Shown: piece by piece, positions 37,705-48,256 of the stretch
Layout of the letters: each line of letters opens with the position of its first letter
How positions within the stretch are numbered: position 1 is the stretch's first letter
Assembly (NCBI GenBank): GCA_028279475.1
Contig: JANQNR010000013.1
Location: 19,524 to 83,523 of the forward strand
Source: Rickettsiales bacterium
GTDB lineage: Bacteria > Pseudomonadota > Alphaproteobacteria > Rickettsiales > UBA998
Length of the DNA: 64,000 nucleotides
Direction of reading: 5' to 3'
Translations under genes and position numbers: made by a program
The notes under the pieces: model-generated
The model's input: the letters and a program-made list of their open reading frames with translations, nothing else
Database searches by the model: none
Told to the model about the DNA's origin: nothing

Positions 37705-38100
37705 ATGGGATTTCTCGGCGGAATTTTTGGTTTTATTACCACCCTTATCATGGCGCCATTCAAAATTATCGGCAGTGCGCTTAGCGGTGCCTTAGGTGGT
37801 GCGCCTGAAGGAGCGAAATGGGGTGGGTTGCTCGGATTGATCGCCGGGGCGTTCACCGGATGGAAGCGTTCTAAAAACGGCGAAGATGCGAATGTCTTTT
37901 CCAGTGCCGTGGGGGGTGCATTCACAGGAGCGATCACCGGAGGTGTCATTGGTGCCGGAGCGGTAGCCACGAAGAATACGGTCGAGCAAGTCATCCAACA
38001 GGGGAGCCAACTGGCCTCCAATGCTGACCAGGTCGGCAGCTCCCTGGTGCCGCCTCCTACCCCGAACGCCAATCAAGGACAGGCTCCGAGACGAGGCTAA
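37705..38100 (+). CDS. small glycine-zipper membrane protein (hypothetical)
   Basis: 131-aa ORF with repeated GxxxG zippers (GGAFTGAITGGVIGAGA). An alternative antisense ORF exists and the RBS is weak. Confidence 0.4.
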   Translation: MGFLGGIFGFITTLIMAPFKIIGSALSGALGGAPEGAKWGGLLGLIAGAFTGWKRSKNGEDANVFSSAVGGAFTGAITGGVIGAGAVATKNTVEQVIQQGSQLASNADQVGSSLVPPPTPNANQGQAPRRG

Positions 38101-38109
38101 TCATTCATT

Positions 38110-38979
38110 TTAGGCAGCGCGTGACCAGGGACCGCGCGGCGGTCGGTAAGAAGGGTCGGAGGCCATTGCTTCCAATGCCCGAACACGATTCACTGTATTA
38201 GGATGCGTAGAAAACAGATTATCCACCCGACGCATATGCAGCGGGTTGATGATAAATAAATGCGCGGTGGCCGGGTTCTGTTCGGCTTGGTAATTATCCA
38301 CCCGTTTTGCCCCCTGTTCAATTTTCTGCAAAGCCGATGCCAGCGCCATCGGATCCTTGCATATCTCTGCACCTGTTCGATCCGCAGCATATTCCCGTGT
38401 ACGGGATATGGCCATCTGTACCAGCATCGCTGCCATTGGCGCGAGTATCATCACGGCCAATGTACCGATCATGCCACCAGGCTGGTCACGCCGTCCACCA
38501 AAGAACATGGCATAATTGGCCAGCATGCCCAATGCACCGGCAATGGTGGCGGTGATGGTCATAATCAACGTGTCGCGGTTGCGGATATGCGCCAGTTCAT
38601 GGGCAATCACGCCACGCAGTTCCTGGCGATTCAATAGTTGCACAATGCCCTGCGTGACCGCAACGGCGCCGTTTTCCGGGTTGCGCCCGGTAGCAAACGC
38701 ATTAGGTTGCGGCGTATCAATCATGAATACGCGAGGCATTGGCATATTGGCATTGCCTGCCAGTTCCCGCGTCATATCGTAGATGTCACCCGAGGTTAGT
38801 GGCTTGGCGCCATACATGCGCAGGAGCATTTTATCCGATGACCAGTAGGAGATGACATTCATCACCAGCGCTATGCCCAACGCAATCACCATGCCCGGCT
38901 GCCCACCCATCATCAGTCCGGCCATGCCGAACAGCGCCGTCAAACCGGCAAGCAGGAGTGCGGTTTTCATGTAGTTCAT
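38110..38979 (-). CDS. htpX: membrane zinc protease HtpX
   Basis: 289 aa. M48 motif [10 protein letters not shown], four TM segments, C-terminal EYAAD. Confidence 0.9.
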   Translation of the reverse strand: MNYMKTALLLAGLTALFGMAGLMMGGQPGMVIALGIALVMNVISYWSSDKMLLRMYGAKPLTSGDIYDMTRELAGNANMPMPRVFMIDTPQPNAFATGRNPENGAVAVTQGIVQLLNRQELRGVIAHELAHIRNRDTLIMTITATIAGALGMLANYAMFFGGRRDQPGGMIGTLAVMILAPMAAMLVQMAISRTREYAADRTGAEICKDPMALASALQKIEQGAKRVDNYQAEQNPATAHLFIINPLHMRRVDNLFSTHPNTVNRVRALEAMASDPSYRPPRGPWSRAA

Positions 38980-39049
38980 GTGTTGCTCTATAGCAGAAAA
39001 CCGACTGGAGGGGTAGTGAAATCGCCGATGTAAGAAGGACGCTTAGAGC

Positions 39050-40006
39050 CTAGTTGTCGCCGAACAGGCCACCCTGCTGATTAACCTTGATAAACGCCGG
39101 TCCAAGAATAATCATGAAAAAAGCTGGCATCAGCATAGTGATAAGGGGGATCGCCATCAACGCTGGCAGACGTCCTGCTTTCTCTTCCGCCAGCATGAGG
39201 CGTGTCTGGCGATAGTCATCGGACAGTACCCGCAACGTATCGGTCAGATTCGTTCCAAAACGTTCCGTCTGGATAAGCGCTGCCACGAGAGAGCGATAGG
39301 CTACCAGGTCGGTACGTTCGGCCAGATTCATCAGAGCTTGAGAACGATTGTTCAATAGCGCCAGCTCCAACCGGGTCTGATTAAGTTCACGGGCTAACTC
39401 CGGATGTGCATGGGTCAACTCATCGCAGACCCGGTTCATTGCCGCATCAAGTGCCAGTCCTGACTCCACGCAGACAACCATCAGATCCAACCCGTCAGGG
39501 AAGGAGCGAATCAGTTCCTTCTGGCGTTTTTGGGTGGCGTTCGTCACGTAGAGTTGTGCACCGAATAACCCAAAGACCATCAGTAATGATCCAAGCGCCA
39601 ACGATACGTCATCGCCTTTTAATAACAGCATAACAGCAATCAGCGTTACCACGTATGAAAGCACACGCCGGTAGAAAATCAAGTAAGCCGGCGCCCCCGG
39701 ATTGGTAATGCCCGCAATCAGCGTTTCTCTTCGTGCTTCATAGAGCGCGGTATCCATGTCAATGCCCATGACCCGAAGAAACTGTTCCGCCGCTTTTGCC
39801 AGCGCTGGCGGTTCCTGTTCCAATTCTACGGGAGAATCAATATCCGGGCTATAGCCCAGATCATCATAGTTCTGCGTCAGGCGCGCTTCCCGCTCCACCC
39901 GTTTGATCCGCTGCTGGCGAGTGATCGCCGCATCGATGGCAAGGTAAACCACAAAGAACAGAATCGCAATGATTGCAGCGACAACTATTTCCTGATTTTC
40001 GAACAT
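39050..40006 (-). CDS. tadC: Flp pilus assembly inner-membrane protein TadC
   Basis: 318 aa. T2SSF-type domain (FPDGLDLMVVCVESGLALDAA...ERFGTNLTDTL). Last gene of the cpa/tad operon. Confidence 0.8.
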   Translation of the reverse strand: MFENQEIVVAAIIAILFFVVYLAIDAAITRQQRIKRVEREARLTQNYDDLGYSPDIDSPVELEQEPPALAKAAEQFLRVMGIDMDTALYEARRETLIAGITNPGAPAYLIFYRRVLSYVVTLIAVMLLLKGDDVSLALGSLLMVFGLFGAQLYVTNATQKRQKELIRSFPDGLDLMVVCVESGLALDAAMNRVCDELTHAHPELARELNQTRLELALLNNRSQALMNLAERTDLVAYRSLVAALIQTERFGTNLTDTLRVLSDDYRQTRLMLAEEKAGRLPALMAIPLITMLMPAFFMIILGPAFIKVNQQGGLFGDN

Positions 40007-40021
40007 CGTTACGCCCTACCC

Positions 40022-40999
40022 CTATATATCGATATTAATCATTTTTCGGACAATAATCTGAGAGAGCACAACCAACCCACCAGCAATCGCTAACACAATA
40101 TTTCCTGATGAGGTGTTAAATAACGGCTCCAGGTGGTCGGGCGACATATAGAGTAAAACACCGAACATAACGATAGGAATGGCTGCCAGAATATACCCCG
40201 TAGTGCGCCCTTCCGAGGTCATCGCACGGATTTTCTGGCGCAGTTGCTTGCGCTTGCGGATGATATTGGAGAGATTACCAACGATTTCCGCCAGGTTACC
40301 GCCGGTTTCCTGCTGAATTTTCAATACGACAACGAAAAACCGTACGTCCTGCTCATCAACGCGCGTCATTAAACGACTCAATGCTTCATTGAGCGGGCGT
40401 CCCAGCGCCAGTTCGTCCGATACCTGACGAAATTCACTCTTCACCGGGTCTTCCATATTCTCCACGACCATCTTAAAGGCGCTATTGATAGGAAAACCGG
40501 ACTTGACACTACGCACAATCATGTCCAGCACATCCGGAAACATGTCGATAAACTGACGGCGGCGTTTTTCAATGGCCGATTGCAGGATTTTATTACCAAG
40601 CCAGATCGGTACAATGAATGCGGCTACGATAAAGCCCGGATGCAACGCATAATGTGAAATAGCCCATAATCCCACCAGAATCAGCCCAAGGATCATCACA
40701 ATAAACGTGGTGGCACTGTCCTGCCGTCCTGCCTTGACGATTTTCACTACGATATTCTTGCCAAACGGCAGAACAGAGAGGAACTTCAAGATAGGGGAAT
40801 CATCAAGCTCTGCTTTTAGAATTTCCAGCGCTTCATCGGCTTCACTGCGTTTAACGCCGAGATTCTCATTCTCTTCCATAATCTGGCTGAGAACATGGCG
40901 ATTATGCGCCGTATTGGCGGCATAACGACCGGCAAACACCTTACTGAAGATCAGATAGGCGGCAATTCCGACAACAATAGCAATAAAAGCGGGTATCAT
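40022..40999 (-). CDS. tadB: Flp pilus assembly inner-membrane protein TadB
   Basis: 325 aa. T2SSF-type domain (FPDVLDMIVRSVKSGFPINSA...QQETGGNLAEIV). Confidence 0.8.
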   Translation of the reverse strand: MIPAFIAIVVGIAAYLIFSKVFAGRYAANTAHNRHVLSQIMEENENLGVKRSEADEALEILKAELDDSPILKFLSVLPFGKNIVVKIVKAGRQDSATTFIVMILGLILVGLWAISHYALHPGFIVAAFIVPIWLGNKILQSAIEKRRRQFIDMFPDVLDMIVRSVKSGFPINSAFKMVVENMEDPVKSEFRQVSDELALGRPLNEALSRLMTRVDEQDVRFFVVVLKIQQETGGNLAEIVGNLSNIIRKRKQLRQKIRAMTSEGRTTGYILAAIPIVMFGVLLYMSPDHLEPLFNTSSGNIVLAIAGGLVVLSQIIVRKMINIDI

Positions 41000-41003
41000 A
41001 GGG

Positions 41004-42521
41004 TTACATTGTACGCGATATGCCTAAACAATCTACTAATTCCTGCTCCAGCCCGTAATATTCGGCTCTGGGAAGAAAACGCGGCCGGATTTTGTGTGAT
41101 ATGAACTCCCCTTGCAGATTACCGTTCGCATCCACACCGCCGGACTTAAAGCTGAACAGGGTTTGCGTGGTAATGATTTCACCTTCCTGACCGACCACCT
41201 CTTCAATATGGGTAATACGACGACGACCATCACGCATACGCTGAAGCTGGATAATCAGTTGGACAGCGCTGGAAATTTGATAACGCAGTGAAGCATCACT
41301 AACTTTCACGCCGGACATATTGACGAGGTTCTCAATCCGGGAGAGACAATCACGCGGCGAATTAGAGTGAATGGTCGCCAGAGATCCGTCATGGCCGGTA
41401 TTCATGGCAGAGAGCACGTCAATGACCTCATCGCCACGGATTTCCCCAAGAATAATCCGATCAGGACGCATTCGCAGGGCGTTTTTCACGAGCTGCCTCT
41501 GAGTGATTTCGCCAATACCCTCATTGGACGCCGGGCGAGTTTCCAGCCGGAGCACATGGGGCTGAGCCAATTGCAATTCAGCCGCATCCTCAATCGTAAT
41601 CACCCGTTCGCCATAATCAATATGGTTGGATAACGCATTGAGCAGTGTTGTTTTCCCACTTCCCGTTCCACCGGAAATAATAATGTTGAGCCGAATATTG
41701 GCGCAAACTTCTAGGAATCGCGCCATATCCGGTGTCATGGAGTCATAATGAACATAATCACGCAGGCTGATTTTATTCTTTTTAAATTTCCGGATGGACA
41801 CCAGTGCGCCGTCCAGCGCCAGTGGAGGAATAATAGCGTTAAAGCGCGACCCGTCAGGTAGCCGGGCATCTACCATCGGGCTGGCCTCGTCAATACGGCG
41901 TCCGACCCTAGTAACGATGCGCTGGATAACCGCCATCAGGTGCTGCTCATTCATGAACGTGACATCGGTTAGATAGATCTTTCCGCCTTTTTCAATATAA
42001 ATCTGCTGGGCAGTATTGACCATGATATCAGCGACATCTTCATCCTTGAGCAATGGTTCCAATGGACCATAGCCGAGAATTTCATCAATCACCTGCTCCT
42101 GAAGCGCCTGCACTTGTGACCCGGTAAGCGGTGCGTCCACTTCTTGCAGTATTTTTCCGGCTTCCTGATGTACGCGGGAACGGCGACGCTCCATCGGCAA
42201 TTTGTAGAGATTCACTAAGTCGATTTTATCGACCAACTCGTTGATGAGCCACATTTTGGTGTCAACGAACTGTGCCGTTTCATGGCTTTTATCTAGATAA
42301 CGGACGAGTTCAGGCTCATGTTGCAGACCTGCGAATTCGGATGCGATACCCTCTTTCGCCACCATATCCGTGGAGCCGGGAATGACGGCGGGCAGGTGTG
42401 CATCACCACCGACCGGCAGATTGGCGTTGGGAGTCGCTTCATCGGATGGTGCATTCGTCGTAGGCTGCGGCGCAGGAGAGGCAGCAGACTGTCCGGCACC
42501 CGGCTGTTTTTTACCGAACAT
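41004..42521 (-). CDS. cpaF: Flp pilus assembly ATPase CpaF/TadA
   Basis: 505 aa. Walker [17 protein letters not shown], Asp/His boxes ([21 protein letters not shown]). Secretion NTPase family. Confidence 0.92.
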   Translation of the reverse strand: MFGKKQPGAGQSAASPAPQPTTNAPSDEATPNANLPVGGDAHLPAVIPGSTDMVAKEGIASEFAGLQHEPELVRYLDKSHETAQFVDTKMWLINELVDKIDLVNLYKLPMERRRSRVHQEAGKILQEVDAPLTGSQVQALQEQVIDEILGYGPLEPLLKDEDVADIMVNTAQQIYIEKGGKIYLTDVTFMNEQHLMAVIQRIVTRVGRRIDEASPMVDARLPDGSRFNAIIPPLALDGALVSIRKFKKNKISLRDYVHYDSMTPDMARFLEVCANIRLNIIISGGTGSGKTTLLNALSNHIDYGERVITIEDAAELQLAQPHVLRLETRPASNEGIGEITQRQLVKNALRMRPDRIILGEIRGDEVIDVLSAMNTGHDGSLATIHSNSPRDCLSRIENLVNMSGVKVSDASLRYQISSAVQLIIQLQRMRDGRRRITHIEEVVGQEGEIITTQTLFSFKSGGVDANGNLQGEFISHKIRPRFLPRAEYYGLEQELVDCLGISRTM

Positions 42522-43644
42522 CAGCTTGCTCTGCTATCTGGCGTGCAATTTTTTGCAGCTCATTGGCCAGTTGTGATTTACCAACCGCATCTACTGGAAT
42601 GCCCCGGTTCTCCGACTGGCAAATGGTTTTAATATCATTCGGCAGATAATGGTCAATACTGTGACCAAGGATGCGTTCAAAGTCCTTTGGATGAAGTGCT
42701 TCCTTGTAGCGTGAGCCGCTGCGATTAATCACGATGGAAATCGGCTTATTGCCAAAACCGAGATCGGTCCAAGTATTGAGTAACCTGGAGCAATGCGTAA
42801 TGGATTTCAATAATAGCTGCGCCACTAATATGACACGGTCGCTAAAACCGATAGTGGCTGAAATCCAGTGATTCCAGCGATGGGGTAAATCCAGAATTAC
42901 GTATTCATAATTGCTGGCCAGATGATTAACAAATTCCCGAATCAGCTCCGGTTCGATATGCGGCATGAAATGTAGGGATTGAGGAGATGTGATAATATCC
43001 AAACCATCCCGATAATGTACCACCATACGACTAATAAGTGTGCCATCAACGCCGCGTTCCGGGTGCTCAAAAATCTCCTTCGTACCGTATGTGGGTTGGA
43101 GCTCTAACTGGCGTGCAATCATTCCGAACTGATAGTCCAGATCAACCAGCACGACTTTCTTCTGATGTTCCTTAGCTAACAAATAACCAACATTGAGCGC
43201 CACCATACTGGAACCGTCACCCGAACTACCTCCCATGCAGGAAATAATCTGACCAGTGGCATTGCTTGCCATATCACTTTGCAGCAAGGCATTACGAATT
43301 TCATCAAATGGAGTGGGGTAATTGAAATATTCCGAGACACCGCGATCAATAATTGCTCGGTAAAAACGAATGTCGTTGGTAGCACCAATTACTACCACTT
43401 TTGTTCCCGCCTGGCACTGTTCGGCCAGCATATCAATTTCAGGCAAGATGTCATGACTGCGCTCACCAATATAAATAATGATATAACGCGGACTATAGCG
43501 GCCTTCCCGCAAACGTCCAGCTGCATCTGCCGGGCTACCTTCTACGATTTCCGCCTGCTGATAACCAAGTGCTTGCGCTATTGCATTGACATCCTCCATT
43601 TCTTCTGGGGATGTAACGATAGCTAAAAGCGGACTAAACTCCAT
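42511..43644 (-). CDS. cpaE: Flp pilus assembly protein CpaE/TadZ (receiver-like plus ParA/MinD-like domain)
   Basis: 377 aa. Position between cpaD and cpaF. MinD-like core VVLVDLDYQFG. The P-loop is degenerate (MGGSSGDGSS). Confidence 0.75.
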   Translation of the reverse strand: MEFSPLLAIVTSPEEMEDVNAIAQALGYQQAEIVEGSPADAAGRLREGRYSPRYIIIYIGERSHDILPEIDMLAEQCQAGTKVVVIGATNDIRFYRAIIDRGVSEYFNYPTPFDEIRNALLQSDMASNATGQIISCMGGSSGDGSSMVALNVGYLLAKEHQKKVVLVDLDYQFGMIARQLELQPTYGTKEIFEHPERGVDGTLISRMVVHYRDGLDIITSPQSLHFMPHIEPELIREFVNHLASNYEYVILDLPHRWNHWISATIGFSDRVILVAQLLLKSITHCSRLLNTWTDLGFGNKPISIVINRSGSRYKEALHPKDFERILGHSIDHYLPNDIKTICQSENRGIPVDAVGKSQLANELQKIARQIAEQADVR

Positions 43645-43670
43645 AACAGTAACAGTATATTTCCTGCCGT

Positions 43671-44267
43671 TTAATTGGAACCCTGGAAGTTCACCTGTTC
43701 AAGGTCCTGATCTCCACCAAAGAAGTCTTTGGCATCAAAATCCCGATACGCTTGAACACCTTTCATGGTTGATTTACCGTCATAGAAGCCCAGAAGGTCT
43801 GGATTAACAAACTGACGGCGATCACTGACCATTTGCACAATATTGGAAGCAATGGAGCAACCAAATGCCGGGTGATTCAGATTATAAGGATTAATGCGGT
43901 TATCAATATAGTGATGTTGGCAATCATGAGCAATGACACGCTCATAGACCAAATTCACTTCACTGACATGGGATGGTATCCATTCATATTCCACACCATA
44001 TAAACTCAGCGTTTCTTCCACGGAATCACACAATATATCACCTTCCATGCAGTAGATTTCCGCACGGCTTGGCTGGTCTGCTTCCGCCCACTCCCGTATT
44101 TCTTGCACTGATTCAGTGCCAAGTAATTCAACCGTCACAATCTCCGATGACACATCCAGCAATGACTCAGGCGTACCTCGCTCGCTATGTGCACCTTCTG
44201 GAATGGAAGAGCACGCAGCCAGTGATGTAACAAGAGCAGTCGTAAGAAGGGTTTGTATCGCTTTCAT
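43671..44267 (-). CDS. cpaD: pilus assembly lipoprotein CpaD-like
   Basis: 198 aa. Lipobox SLAACS. Size and position (between the secretin gene and cpaE) fit CpaD. The family call is positional. Confidence 0.55.
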   Translation of the reverse strand: MKAIQTLLTTALVTSLAACSSIPEGAHSERGTPESLLDVSSEIVTVELLGTESVQEIREWAEADQPSRAEIYCMEGDILCDSVEETLSLYGVEYEWIPSHVSEVNLVYERVIAHDCQHHYIDNRINPYNLNHPAFGCSIASNIVQMVSDRRQFVNPDLLGFYDGKSTMKGVQAYRDFDAKDFFGGDQDLEQVNFQGSN

Positions 44268-44270
44268 AGT

Positions 44271-45707
44271 TTAATCTACCATAAACCCAATCGGGCCTTC
44301 AATCGTTGGAGTTTGTGACAGACGGTCAACATCGCCATGCAGGCTGCCAATCGCACCGTAGAAGAACATTTCCATCATGCTGGCTGGCTTAAAGTTGTCC
44401 GTGGGCAGTTTTAGATCTGCGGAAATAATTGGATCTACGATGTAGGGTGTAACAGCCAACACCAATTCGGTTTCTTCACGCTGGAAGCCGACACTACTGA
44501 ATAAGGCACCAAGAATAGGCACTTCCTTTATGCCCGGAATATTATCCACGCGTGACGCCAGCTCATCCTGAATCAGCCCGGCAATCATAAAGCTTTCACC
44601 GGGAGATAGTTCAACGACGGTCTGAGCACGTCGCGTGGAAAGACTTGGAATAAAGAAGCCATCCAGCTGCAAGGCACCATCATTGTTGATTTCTGAAACT
44701 TCGGGCTGCACGGCGATACGAATACGATTTTCTGCCAGTACGAATGGCGTAAATTTCACAGATACGCCAAACGGTTTGTACTCAATGGCAACGCCATCCT
44801 GATCCGGAACGGGTACGGGGAACTCACCACCGGCAAGAAATTGCGACTCTTCTCCAGAAAGCGATACTAGATTCGGCTCCGCAAGCACTTTAAAGAGGTT
44901 GTCTCTCTCCAAGGCTTCGAGCATGGCGGCAATACCATTGCCATTAGAATTGATCAGACTACCAGACGCAAAGCCACGCGTATTATCCAGATCACCCACA
45001 TTAAATCCACCAAAGCTCAACTGGCTGTCAACCAAAAACGCATCAATACCACTACCAGTTCCTAGTGCGAAGAGACTATCTCCACCGGATTTGATTGCCT
45101 GGAGATTGACGCCCAGGTTTTTCAATGCGGAACGACGAATTTCACCAACCCTTACTCTTAACATCACTTGCTGCCCTGATGTCACCTCCAGCAGGTTCAT
45201 CACTTTGATGTCAGCCGCATCAACGTCTCCACCTCCGCGAGTAATAGCCGGTTCAATAAATTCATTCACAATACGTACGGCGCGTTCCGCTGCCAGAGCA
45301 TCACTCACGCTTCCCGTTAGCACGATATTGGTGTTGAGCATTTCCACGCCAACATTCTCGTGTGGCAGAAATTCTTTCAGCGACTTACGAATGGCCGGCA
45401 AATCATACCCAACATTCACAGTAATATCCCGCAACACTCCGGATTCACCTATAATCCGAACATCAGTAATTCCTAACGCACGGCCAGATACTGAAACCTT
45501 GCGCTTATCGTGCACATATGCATCAGCAATATCAGGATTAGCAACAATTACCTCGGTCATATCACTGGAAACGGACACCAGTTCCGAGCGGCCGACCGGC
45601 ACCATCAAATCTTCTGCTAACGCAGATTCAAATGGCACCATCATACTGATAGATGCCGCAAAGAAGCAGCGCTTCACATATGTTGAAACGGACATTGATT
45701 TACTCAC
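44271..45707 (-). CDS. cpaC: Flp pilus secretin CpaC/RcpA
   Basis: 478 aa. Signal peptide, BON-like N-terminal region, secretin core LAEPNLVSLSGEESQFLAGGEFPVPV ... IPGIKEVPILGALF. Confidence 0.88.
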   Translation of the reverse strand: MSKSMSVSTYVKRCFFAASISMMVPFESALAEDLMVPVGRSELVSVSSDMTEVIVANPDIADAYVHDKRKVSVSGRALGITDVRIIGESGVLRDITVNVGYDLPAIRKSLKEFLPHENVGVEMLNTNIVLTGSVSDALAAERAVRIVNEFIEPAITRGGGDVDAADIKVMNLLEVTSGQQVMLRVRVGEIRRSALKNLGVNLQAIKSGGDSLFALGTGSGIDAFLVDSQLSFGGFNVGDLDNTRGFASGSLINSNGNGIAAMLEALERDNLFKVLAEPNLVSLSGEESQFLAGGEFPVPVPDQDGVAIEYKPFGVSVKFTPFVLAENRIRIAVQPEVSEINNDGALQLDGFFIPSLSTRRAQTVVELSPGESFMIAGLIQDELASRVDNIPGIKEVPILGALFSSVGFQREETELVLAVTPYIVDPIISADLKLPTDNFKPASMMEMFFYGAIGSLHGDVDRLSQTPTIEGPIGFMVD

Positions 45708-46614
45708 TTTCTACCTCTTCTGCCTCTTCTTCATAGACGGGAACTTTGACTTCGGTTTTCTGATTTCCTCTGACCAGCGACACAACATCTTTTCTACCTT
45801 CACCGCTGCTGTTCAATCCGGCCACATCCTCAATATTGGTGATTTCGTTGCGCGTAATGATTACAGACTCTTCTTTACCTTCTTTGTCTTCAAGCGAGCG
45901 AAGCACCAATGATACGTACCCTATCTCCTGCGCCAGGCGGATACGCTGAGCATCCTCGATGGGCACTTCCAAACTGACCGAAGACGGCAGACGATCTCTT
46001 TTACTGCGCGCATCCCCCTCATCATCATTAACATCAACCGTTGCACGTTGATTCACCGCCAGCACTTTGACATTTGAGACCAATGTTTCCGTAACATGCG
46101 TTTCATTTACCCCATATTCTTCCCGCACCTCCTGCGGCAAGCGAAACTCCTGCGTCACCACCACATCTACGCGGTCGCCAGGAAGCACAAATCCCGCCAA
46201 TCCGGCCACACCATCACTGGAGAGTGTAACCATGCGCATACCGCTGGGAAGATTGGCAGCAATAAAACTTGGGTCTTCAGGGTTAGATAATTTGTCGCGG
46301 TTGATCGGCTCGCCGGGAACGAAGGTTGCTCTTGCCACCTGCCCTACGACAGACACAGCTTCATCGCTAGACGCCACAAATCCGTCCAGCACCAAATGCG
46401 CCGGCCATTGCTTTGACTCCATCATCTCCGGCAGCAACACATCGCCCAAATCAATGGGGGAAGCTGCCACCAATACATCTACTGTTTCAAATGCAGGCTG
46501 CTGATCCGTAGACACAACCCGATGATTGTCTCCGCTATCACCCAATATATTGTATGCCAGAAAGAACGCGGCCAAGGCGAAAACGAGTGCAATAATAAAT
46601 CCAATAATTCTCAT
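45700..46614 (-). CDS. cpaB: Flp pilus assembly protein CpaB/RcpC
   Basis: 304 aa. N-terminal TM anchor, SAF-like domain, then MRMVTLSSDGVAGLAGFVLPGDRVDVV (RcpC pattern). Confidence 0.8.
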   Translation of the reverse strand: MRIIGFIIALVFALAAFFLAYNILGDSGDNHRVVSTDQQPAFETVDVLVAASPIDLGDVLLPEMMESKQWPAHLVLDGFVASSDEAVSVVGQVARATFVPGEPINRDKLSNPEDPSFIAANLPSGMRMVTLSSDGVAGLAGFVLPGDRVDVVVTQEFRLPQEVREEYGVNETHVTETLVSNVKVLAVNQRATVDVNDDEGDARSKRDRLPSSVSLEVPIEDAQRIRLAQEIGYVSLVLRSLEDKEGKEESVIITRNEITNIEDVAGLNSSGEGRKDVVSLVRGNQKTEVKVPVYEEEAEEVESE

Positions 46615-46876
46615 ATATTATACTTACCGTTAATGTGGAGAGCCTCAATGTAGATGGAAATCCTTATGAATTCATTAAGTCGTTTTCATTGTTACATGCT
46701 ATCGCAAGTCAGCGTCAAGCGCCATTATTGTATTAATGCCGTGAAGTTCGTGAAAAAGCGCGGCAACGTGATGCTTTTGCCAGAAGCACAAGGCAAATAC
46801 CAGGAGAACTTGCACTAGGCAGCACAAGCAGATAAAAGAGAGTCATTCATTAATATTGAAATAGAGGGACATAGAC

Positions 46877-47344
46877 ATGGGAACGATCGAACAGCGCCTA
46901 AATTCACTAGGCATCACATTGCCGGACGTTGCGACACCGGCCGCAAATTACGTACCGCATGTTGCCATTGGGCAACAAGTGTTTATATCAGGAACACTGC
47001 CCATGAAAGACGGAAGCCCGCAGGGCATCGCTAAAGTAGGTGCTGATATGACCACTGAAGAAGCAGTGCAAATCGCCCGTCTTTGCGGTATCAATATTCT
47101 GGCTGTTTTACGAAAAGCATGTGGCGGAGAGCTAGAGCGTGTGCGCCAATGTGTGAAGCTGGGCATTTTTGTCAATGCCACACCAGAATTCACCGAGCAC
47201 CCGAAAGTGGCAAATGGTGTTTCCGATTTGATGGTGGAAGTATTTGGCAAAGATATCGGTTCTCATGCCCGCTTCGCCGTGGGGGCCAGCGGTTTGCCAT
47301 TTGGTGTAGCCGTGGAAGTGGATGCGATCTTTGCCATTGATTGA
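46877..47344 (+). CDS. RidA/YjgF-family protein
   Basis: 155 aa. YVPHVAIGQQVFISGTLP ... ARFAVGASGLPFGVAVEVDAIF is the typical RidA-family layout. Confidence 0.78.
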   Translation: MGTIEQRLNSLGITLPDVATPAANYVPHVAIGQQVFISGTLPMKDGSPQGIAKVGADMTTEEAVQIARLCGINILAVLRKACGGELERVRQCVKLGIFVNATPEFTEHPKVANGVSDLMVEVFGKDIGSHARFAVGASGLPFGVAVEVDAIFAID

Positions 47345-47445
47345 ACGTATTCCTAACCAATAACCAACCAAAATTTCATGAAAATCTTATGGCGCCTTTA
47401 CGGTGCCCGGCATAGGGTTTGGTAGAACAAACAGGGAGGTGACCT

Positions 47446-47925
47446 ATGTTCAAGCCAACGCTTTATATTAGTCTAACATTACTAGGGTGCATGTTTGCCG
47501 GAAAGAATGCCGGTGCGCACGGGGCACCATGTGATTGCCCATGCCCAGAAACGGCACCTTCAGCAACACTGCATGAAAGCCCTACACCAACTCACAGTAT
47601 TCCTTACCTTTCCGGCGGCATTGGTGAAGGAGAGCAGGAAAAAATGCACCGGGCAAAGGATGATTATAATGTGTACCTGTTATTTGCCGAACAACGGACA
47701 GGAGCCTATCTCGCAAACGTACAGGTCCGTGTAAAAAATACAGCAGGTGAAACGCTTTTTTCGCAGGTAAGTGAAGGGCCATTCTTTTATCTGATGTTAC
47801 CTGAGGGCAGATACACTATTATTGCAAGTTACAAGGGTGCAGACAAACAACATGCCGTTCAGGTGCGAAAAGGGAAAAAGCTGGATAGAATACCCTTTGC
47901 CTGGAAAGGTGACATGGATGAATAA
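47446..47925 (+). CDS. secreted protein with carboxypeptidase-regulatory-like beta-sandwich region (hypothetical)
   Basis: 159-aa ORF. Signal peptide (LLGCMFAGKNAGA). VQVRVKNTAGETLF...LPEGRYTIIASYKG resembles CarboxypepD_reg-type domains. Confidence 0.45.
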   Translation: MFKPTLYISLTLLGCMFAGKNAGAHGAPCDCPCPETAPSATLHESPTPTHSIPYLSGGIGEGEQEKMHRAKDDYNVYLLFAEQRTGAYLANVQVRVKNTAGETLFSQVSEGPFFYLMLPEGRYTIIASYKGADKQHAVQVRKGKKLDRIPFAWKGDMDE

Positions 47926-48062
47926 TGGGTACTATGTCCTAAATGTCCCATTATTAACCGAATTGTAAGTATTCCTTGTTTGAATAGTTAAATTGTGCTA
48001 GTCTGTCAGGTAGCTGGTATACAGCGTGATTTTTAACTACTTGTTTTACTTAGGAGAAAACA

Positions 48063-48236
48063 ATGAAACATTTGAAACAATTGATTCGGGATGAATCCGG
48101 AGCTACAGCAATTGAATATGGCCTGATTGCGGCCGGTATTGCACTTGCCATTATTATTATCGTTGGGCAGGTTGGTCAAAGTCTTGACGGAGTATACCAG
48201 AGAGTTGACCAAGGACTGCAACCAACAGCACCTTAA
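48063..48236 (+). CDS. flp: Flp-family type IVb pilin (57 aa, below the ORF-track cutoff)
   Basis: MKHLKQLIRDESG/ATAIEYGLIAAGIALAIIIIV carries the Flp motif G-xxxxEY followed by a hydrophobic helix. AGGAG lies 8 nt upstream and a terminator follows. Confidence 0.8.
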   Translation: MKHLKQLIRDESGATAIEYGLIAAGIALAIIIIVGQVGQSLDGVYQRVDQGLQPTAP

Positions 48237-48256
48237 CAGTCATCATTTCAAAGAAG

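Noticed and set aside
37659-38072. 137-aa minus-strand ORF antisense to the glycine-zipper ORF
   Set aside because: It is a Pro/Ala-rich mirror of GGN/GCN codons on the other strand. I kept the plus-strand call at low confidence only.
41976-41981. Attempt to infer R-M specificity from site avoidance (AGATCT, GGATCC)
   Set aside because: AGATCT occurs at 41976-41981 and 44413-44418. GGATCC occurs at 32878-32883 and at several other places. There is no obvious avoidance, so specificity cannot be inferred from 64 kb.
44899-45912. 337-aa plus-strand ORF across cpaC/cpaB
   Set aside because: It is antisense to a secretin gene with clear family motifs. Its translation is Ser/Thr/Pro/Arg-rich low complexity, typical of a shadow ORF.
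47954-47968. TTAA-N7-GTAA, a CtrA-box-like site ~95 nt upstream of flp
   Set aside because: It has one mismatch to TTAA-N7-TTAA in AT-rich DNA, is a single occurrence, and has no matching site upstream of cpaB. It cannot be distinguished from chance by eye.
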